A stretch of 28,249 bases of DNA, taken from positions 1 to 28,249 of the IMG/VR virus record IMGVR_UViG_3300023314_000008; one strand, written 5' to 3'. The translations under genes were made by a program, and so were the position numbers. Source of the stretch: a virus. Lineage: Duplodnaviria > Caudoviricetes. Each line of letters begins with the position of its first letter. The first letter of the stretch is position 1. Positions 23,567 to 28,249 of the stretch are shown piece after piece. Below the pieces are notes generated by a model. It was not told the DNA's origin. It searched no databases and saw nothing but the letters and a program-made list of their open reading frames with translations.

Positions 23567-25323
23567 TGATTATCCACGAATTAGCAACAGGATCAGATTT
23601 TTCAATTGATGTTAAAAAAACATCTGGAGAAGAAGTTATGGTTTGCCCGAAATGCAGCCACCTAAGAAAAAAGAAAACGGATAAGTGCTTTAGCTGGAAC
23701 AACGATAAGAACGTTGGCCGTTGCGCACATTGTGAAAGTGCCTTTGTAATCAAACAGGAAATGCAAACACCAACCAAAGAATATTTTAGGCCAACATTTA
23801 ACAATAGAACTGATTTAAGCAAAAATGCAGTTGATTATTTCTTTGGTCGTGGAATATCTCAACAGACATTGATTGAGTTTAAAATAACCGAAGGCGAAGA
23901 ATATATGCCTCAGGATTTGAAGAAAATGAATACCATTCAATTCAATTACTTCCGAAATGGAAAATTGATCAATACAAAATTCAGAACAGGATCAAAGCAT
24001 TTTAAATTGGTTAAGGATGCAGAGTTAATCCTTTATAACCTTGATGCAATTAAGGACTCTAATGAATGTTTGATTACCGAGGGCGAAATTGATGCAATGA
24101 GCTACCATGAAGCTGGTTATCAATTTGCAGTAAGCGTTCCGAACGGAGCAAGTAAGAATGCTAAGATGGAATGGATAGAAAACTGCTTACCATATCTTGA
24201 AAATAAAACAAAGATTTACATTTCAACAGATGGGGATGAGGTTGGTATAGAACTAAGGGATGAACTCGCAAGGCGTTTGGGTTACGAGCGTTGTTTTAAG
24301 GTAGATTTAATCGATTGTAAAGATGCTAACGATAAATTAGTTAGTCAAGGAAAAGAAAGTCTTTTAAACGCATTAAAATGCGCTAAGGAATACCCGATGC
24401 AGGGAGTATTTGGTGTTGAGGATGAATGGGAGGGAATTATGGATATTTACCATAACGGTATGCCAAAGGGTGCAAAGACTGGAGATAGGCAATTTGATGA
24501 GCATTTAGGATGTATGCCAGGTGAATTGACAATGGTAACGGGAATTCCAGGACATGGTAAATCAATATACCTTGATCAGATAAGTATCGGACTTTGTTTG
24601 AATTCTGAATGGCGTTTTGGTGTATGTTCTCCAGAAAGCCACCCGATGAGCTTTTACTTTACAAGGTTGATAAAAAGATTGGTCGGCAAAAAATTCTCAA
24701 AGAACAATATTGATTTGGATGAGCTTAGCCTTTGTAAGGATTGGATTAAGGATAGATACCATTTAATTAAGCCAGATAGCGGCTATTCATTGGATGGAAT
24801 ATTGCAATCAGCAAAGATGTTGGTTACACGAAAAGGTATCAAAGGATTAATTTTGGATCCATGGAATAGGATTGAAAATACCAAACCAAACGGAATGAAT
24901 GACGGAGAGTGGATAGTTAGTTGTTTAGTTAAGATTATCACATTTGCGCAGAATAACGGGGTACATGTGTTTTTGGTAGCGCATCCTACCAAGATGAGTA
25001 AGAATGCTGATGGTAGCAATTATCTAATTCCAAACCTTTACAACATCAGCGGTTCGGCACACTTCTTTAACATGACCCAAAACGGATTTACTATTTTCCG
25101 TAACATGGTAACAAATGAAACTGAAGTACATTTCCAGAAAGTAAAGTGGGAGCACTTGGGTAAAATGGGTTTAGCTCTTTACCTTTATAATGAAGAAAAC
25201 GCAAGGTTTTATGAGGCAGGTGATGATCCAAACGTTAATTGGCTTTATGTTGATAAGCCAAAGACCGAAACAGCATTAAGACCAAACATCAATTTTTATG
25301 AACAAGAAGAAGCGCCTTTTTAA
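23566..25323 (+). CDS. Bifunctional DNA primase-helicase (T7 gp4/Twinkle-like)
   Basis: Zn finger CPKC..CAHC, TOPRIM ITEGEIDAMS / STDGDEVG / KDAND, Walker A GIPGHGKS, LILDPWN, LVAHP.K. Confidence 0.93.
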   Translation: MIIHELATGSDFSIDVKKTSGEEVMVCPKCSHLRKKKTDKCFSWNNDKNVGRCAHCESAFVIKQEMQTPTKEYFRPTFNNRTDLSKNAVDYFFGRGISQQTLIEFKITEGEEYMPQDLKKMNTIQFNYFRNGKLINTKFRTGSKHFKLVKDAELILYNLDAIKDSNECLITEGEIDAMSYHEAGYQFAVSVPNGASKNAKMEWIENCLPYLENKTKIYISTDGDEVGIELRDELARRLGYERCFKVDLIDCKDANDKLVSQGKESLLNALKCAKEYPMQGVFGVEDEWEGIMDIYHNGMPKGAKTGDRQFDEHLGCMPGELTMVTGIPGHGKSIYLDQISIGLCLNSEWRFGVCSPESHPMSFYFTRLIKRLVGKKFSKNNIDLDELSLCKDWIKDRYHLIKPDSGYSLDGILQSAKMLVTRKGIKGLILDPWNRIENTKPNGMNDGEWIVSCLVKIITFAQNNGVHVFLVAHPTKMSKNADGSNYLIPNLYNISGSAHFFNMTQNGFTIFRNMVTNETEVHFQKVKWEHLGKMGLALYLYNEENARFYEAGDDPNVNWLYVDKPKTETALRPNINFYEQEEAPF

Positions 25324-25325
25324 TT

Positions 25326-25592
25326 ATGAGCAATATTAAGATGATTTCGGTAAATGGTATGTACTTGCACAATTCGTTCAAGCAGGACGGCTTAAATTGG
25401 CGCTTAATCGGATCGACTGAAATAAAGAGTGAAGTCAATACGTTTAGGCTTAACGCTGATCAGAAATTGGAACATATTCTTACCACAACGCACGATGAGT
25501 TCAAGTCGGAAAAAGGTGAACATCAAACGCTACTAAGGCGCACCATCAAAGTTTGGGATGAACAGGGGAAAATCGAAGCGGTGAAAATTTAA
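25326..25592 (+). CDS. Hypothetical protein
   Basis: Operon packing. Confidence 0.6.
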   Translation: MSNIKMISVNGMYLHNSFKQDGLNWRLIGSTEIKSEVNTFRLNADQKLEHILTTTHDEFKSEKGEHQTLLRRTIKVWDEQGKIEAVKI

Positions 25593-25628
25593 TCAACGAA
25601 AAGGCAAAACAGTTTTTAAAGTGAAATT

Positions 25629-26240
25629 ATGATACAAATTACTAATGAATGCAATATGGCTTTAATGGCCAGATATCCAGATAAACATTTCGATTTGGCT
25701 ATTGTAGATCCTGAATATGGGATAGGTGTCAATATGAATATGGGTAAAAGAAAGGGAGAGAAGAAAAAACACATTCAAAAAGATTGGGATAAATTTGCTC
25801 CATCTCCAGATTTTTTTAAAGAATTATTTAGGGTTTCAAAAAATCAAATTATATGGGGAGGTAATTGTTTTGAATTACCTATTTCTTATGGGTGGATTGT
25901 TTGGGATAAAAAAATTAGTGGTAAAGTAGATTTTTCAGAATGTGAACTTGCCTGGACTTCATTTAATAAATCTGTTAAAAAGTTCACTTATAGAATACAA
26001 GATACTACTGAAGCTAGAATACATCCAACTCAAAAATGCATACCTCTATATAAGTTTTGTTTAGATAAATATGCAATAGCTGGAGATAAAATTTTAGATA
26101 CAAATCTTGGCGGAGGTTCAATTGCCATAGCCTGCCACGATTACGGTTTTGATTTAACCGCATGCGAATTGGACAAAGACTATTTCGACGCAGCAATGAA
26201 GCGCCTACAACAGCACCAATCACAAATCAAACTATTCTAA
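25629..26240 (+). CDS. DNA methyltransferase, N4-C/N6-A beta class (orphan)
   Basis: FDLAIVDPEYG (motif IV variant), IIWGGN, HPTQK, ILDTNLGGGS, CELD..YF. Confidence 0.88.
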   Translation: MIQITNECNMALMARYPDKHFDLAIVDPEYGIGVNMNMGKRKGEKKKHIQKDWDKFAPSPDFFKELFRVSKNQIIWGGNCFELPISYGWIVWDKKISGKVDFSECELAWTSFNKSVKKFTYRIQDTTEARIHPTQKCIPLYKFCLDKYAIAGDKILDTNLGGGSIAIACHDYGFDLTACELDKDYFDAAMKRLQQHQSQIKLF

Positions 26241-26319
26241 ATGCACACCTACAAGATAAAGCACCTAACAGTTACGGTCCGATCGTGGGCTGAATATTTA
26301 CAGTATAAAAAACAGAAAC

Positions 26320-26667
26320 ATGCAAAAGGAAAGAATTGAAAATTACGGAACAGTTAAAATTGGTGGAGCAGGAAACATAAGGGAAGTAGAAATAAAAGAA
26401 TTTATTCAAGCTACATTTAAAGATAACAGAATAGTGAACGTTTGCGAGCTTGAAGATGAATCCTTTATTTTATCTGTAGAAAATATTGCCTCTAGCGGTA
26501 GAGGAAATCATTCAATGTTATTATCAAAAGATAGCATGTTTGGATTATTTTCAGTAATGACTTTATTTATTGAAAAACGTGGTTTTGATTTTCAAACTGA
26601 AGTTGATATTGCATTAGGTAACAAGCAAGATATTGAATATAGTTGTTCTAAAAACTTAATCAAATAA
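26320..26667 (+). CDS. Hypothetical protein
   Basis: 115-aa ORF coupled to the next gene. Confidence 0.65.
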   Translation: MQKERIENYGTVKIGGAGNIREVEIKEFIQATFKDNRIVNVCELEDESFILSVENIASSGRGNHSMLLSKDSMFGLFSVMTLFIEKRGFDFQTEVDIALGNKQDIEYSCSKNLIK

Positions 26668-27092
26668 TGGAAACAATAACCTCAGCGGAACCTTATTTGA
26701 TAATCGGGATAGATCCTGGAGTAAATACTGGATATGCTATTTATAATCAATCAAATAATAAGCTATCAAATGTTTGCTCTTTGCCAATACATCGCGTATT
26801 CCTTGACGTTCTCATAAAGCAACCGTTAATTAAATTGGTGAGGATTGAAGATGCAAGGCAAAGAAAGTATTTTACTGGAGGCCGTGAAAAGTTGCAAGGT
26901 GCTGGATCAATAAAACGTGACTGTAAAATATGGGAAGATTTTTTAACAGACCATAATATTCCATTTGAATTGATTGCTCCAAAAGATAATAAAACTAAGT
27001 TAAGAGCAGATAGCTTTAAAAAATTAACCGGTTACGAATATTCAACTAATGAGCATGGACGTGACGCTGGTATGTTGGTGTATGGATTGTAA
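26667..27092 (+). CDS. RuvC-like Holliday junction resolvase
   Basis: IIGIDPG..TGYA, VRIED, NEHGRDAG. Confidence 0.8.
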   Translation: METITSAEPYLIIGIDPGVNTGYAIYNQSNNKLSNVCSLPIHRVFLDVLIKQPLIKLVRIEDARQRKYFTGGREKLQGAGSIKRDCKIWEDFLTDHNIPFELIAPKDNKTKLRADSFKKLTGYEYSTNEHGRDAGMLVYGL

Positions 27093-27127
27093 CATAACAG
27101 ATACAATTGATTTTATTTTAAATAATA

Positions 27128-27182
27128 TTTGTAATTACAATAATTAGTTGTACATTTGAATTGTCGGAGCAAACAAACCGAC
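27128..27182 (+). promoter_or_regulatory. Consensus promoter with a palindrome and a 5' hairpin
   Basis: TTTG (27128-31)-N19-TACATTTG (27151-58); palindrome TTGTAATTACAA (27129-40); hairpin GTCGG-N10-CCGAC (27163-82). Confidence 0.65.
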
Positions 27183-27190
27183 TTATTATT

Positions 27191-27343
27191 ATGGTTTTAT
27201 TTATTGTTTTGTTCGAAGATGGTAACGGTTCTAAAATTAGAAGAACCATTAAAGGTTGTTCTTTAATTGAAGACGCAACTATTGAGGCTACGAATATAGC
27301 TGAAGATAATGGATGGGAGATGCTTCAGATAGATGAAGCATAA
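27191..27343 (+). CDS. Hypothetical 50-aa protein
   Basis: ATG 27191 is preferred over TTG 27161, which lies at the promoter/hairpin. Confidence 0.5.
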   Translation: MVLFIVLFEDGNGSKIRRTIKGCSLIEDATIEATNIAEDNGWEMLQIDEA

Positions 27344-27617
27344 AGTTGAAACTTGGGATATGAGCTTAGAACAGTTCATATCCACTTCAAGATGTTTGAA
27401 TTTTAAAAAATATACTCAACATACGGGAAGCTTCTCGCACCTAAGACAGTGTGGATGTGATTATTACTTGTATATATCATTAGAAGATTTGACTATTATT
27501 AATCCATACACTAAAAAAAATAAAGGTAAAAAATACAAATCTTTCTTTAGCGCTGCTTCTGCTGATGATTGCAAGACAAAGGCATATAATTGGATACAGA
27601 AAGAAATTAGGCTATGA
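27333..27617 (+). CDS. Hypothetical protein
   Basis: Overlaps both neighbours. Confidence 0.6.
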   Translation: MKHKVETWDMSLEQFISTSRCLNFKKYTQHTGSFSHLRQCGCDYYLYISLEDLTIINPYTKKNKGKKYKSFFSAASADDCKTKAYNWIQKEIRL

Positions 27618-27766
27618 CAAATAAAAAATCAGTAGGCAGACCAAAGAAGCCAAAAACAAAGAAAGCATTTAGTTTAAGGCTCTCTGATGATGTGATTGAT
27701 ATAATTAGGTCAAAGGCTAGCCAAGTTGCTTACATCGAAGATTTAGTGCGTAAAGACAAGCAGTAA
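27614..27766 (+). CDS. Small RHH-type DNA-binding protein (BrnA/CopG-like)
   Basis: GRPKKPKTKKAFSLRLSDDVIDIIR...AYIEDLVRKD. Not in the ORF track. Confidence 0.6.
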   Translation: MTNKKSVGRPKKPKTKKAFSLRLSDDVIDIIRSKASQVAYIEDLVRKDKQ

Positions 27767-27785
27767 ACAATTTAAAAAATAGGTG

Positions 27786-28031
27786 ATGACACACGAACTA
27801 AAAACAATACAGCCATATTTTAACGATGTTTTAAATGGCAAAAAGACCTTTGAGATAAGAAAGTTTGATCGACCATATAAAGTTGGTGACTCAATAAAAT
27901 TGATCGAGTGGGATGTTAATCTACAAAGATGCATGCCAAACTTTACATATAAAACTATCTCGTATGTTCTAAGCGATGCAGTTGAGTTTGGTCTAATCGA
28001 TGGATATTGTATATTGGGATTTGTAAAGTAG
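27786..28031 (+). CDS. ASCH/PUA-like (DUF3850) protein
   Basis: HELKT...YF..V..G.KTFEIRK.DR.YKVGD...L.EW...GY.ILG. Confidence 0.85.
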   Translation: MTHELKTIQPYFNDVLNGKKTFEIRKFDRPYKVGDSIKLIEWDVNLQRCMPNFTYKTISYVLSDAVEFGLIDGYCILGFVK

Positions 28032-28034
28032 GTC

Positions 28035-28249
28035 ATGAAGAAGTCTGAACGCCAATTAATATTCCAAAAGTACAACGGTAAATGCGCTTATTGTGGTTGT
28101 GAACTTACGAAAGGCTGGCATGTAGATGAGTTACTTCCTGTATTGAGATACGAAAAATATATAAAGGACGAAATAGGCAATCGTATTTGGTGCGATGTTA
28201 AGCATTGCTACAAAACTGAAAAAGCAATGGAGCATCCAGAGCGATTACA
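28035..28249 (+). CDS. HNH endonuclease-family protein, copy 2 (truncated by the window end)
   Basis: MKKSERQLIFQKYNGKCAYCGCELTKGWHVDELLP...; near-identical to 15930 (-). Not in the ORF track. Confidence 0.85.
   Translation, partial: MKKSERQLIFQKYNGKCAYCGCELTKGWHVDELLPVLRYEKYIKDEIGNRIWCDVKHCYKTEKAMEHPERL

Noticed and set aside
18610-28075. Minus-strand ORFs in the rightward operon (18610, 18770, 22563, 22945, 23520, 24783, 26014, 27743)
   Set aside because: Antisense to motif-supported or tightly coupled plus-strand genes.
15716-28249. Diversity-generating retroelement TR/VR pair
   Set aside because: The differences are mostly synonymous C/T changes rather than random substitutions at adenines, both copies look like intact genes, and no reverse transcriptase is in the window.
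1-28249. tRNA/rRNA genes, att sites, integrase, stop-codon reassignment
   Set aside because: None was recognised by eye. Long ORFs are intact under the standard code and all three stop codons are used.

Overview
This window is a 28 kb piece of an AT-rich tailed dsDNA phage or prophage. The host is very likely Bacteroidota, judged by repeated TAnnTTTG -7 promoters, some with a TTTG -33 element, and AT-rich leaders without Shine-Dalgarno sites. From left to right it holds: a partial minus-strand HNH endonuclease; a tail module (chaperone-like gene, 999-aa tape measure, tail/baseplate proteins, Ig-domain and SGNH-domain proteins, and a fibre-like protein with a signal peptide); a ~400-nt structured non-coding island; a lysis module built on a GH108 endolysin; a leftward early operon headed by a ribbon-helix-helix regulator; and a long rightward operon (YopX, YqaJ exonuclease, HTH proteins, a replication initiator with internal iterons, T7 gp4/Twinkle-like primase-helicase, DNA methyltransferase, RuvC-like resolvase, ASCH/DUF3850, HNH). 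No integrase, capsid, tRNA, CRISPR or reverse transcriptase is visible. Four observations stand out. (1) A free-standing HNH gene sits exactly at the catalytic EG^G of an older endolysin 5' end and is followed by a synonymously recoded replacement 5' end, a 'cleave-and-rescue'-like arrangement. (2) Two sequence-unrelated 5' leaders share one kissing-loop/terminator architecture. (3) A ~97%-identical HNH gene is present twice in inverted orientation, flanking the 12.1-kb early/replication region. (4) A promoter-driven small RNA is complementary to the start of a downstream mini-ORF. All family calls are motif-based and were not checked by database search.
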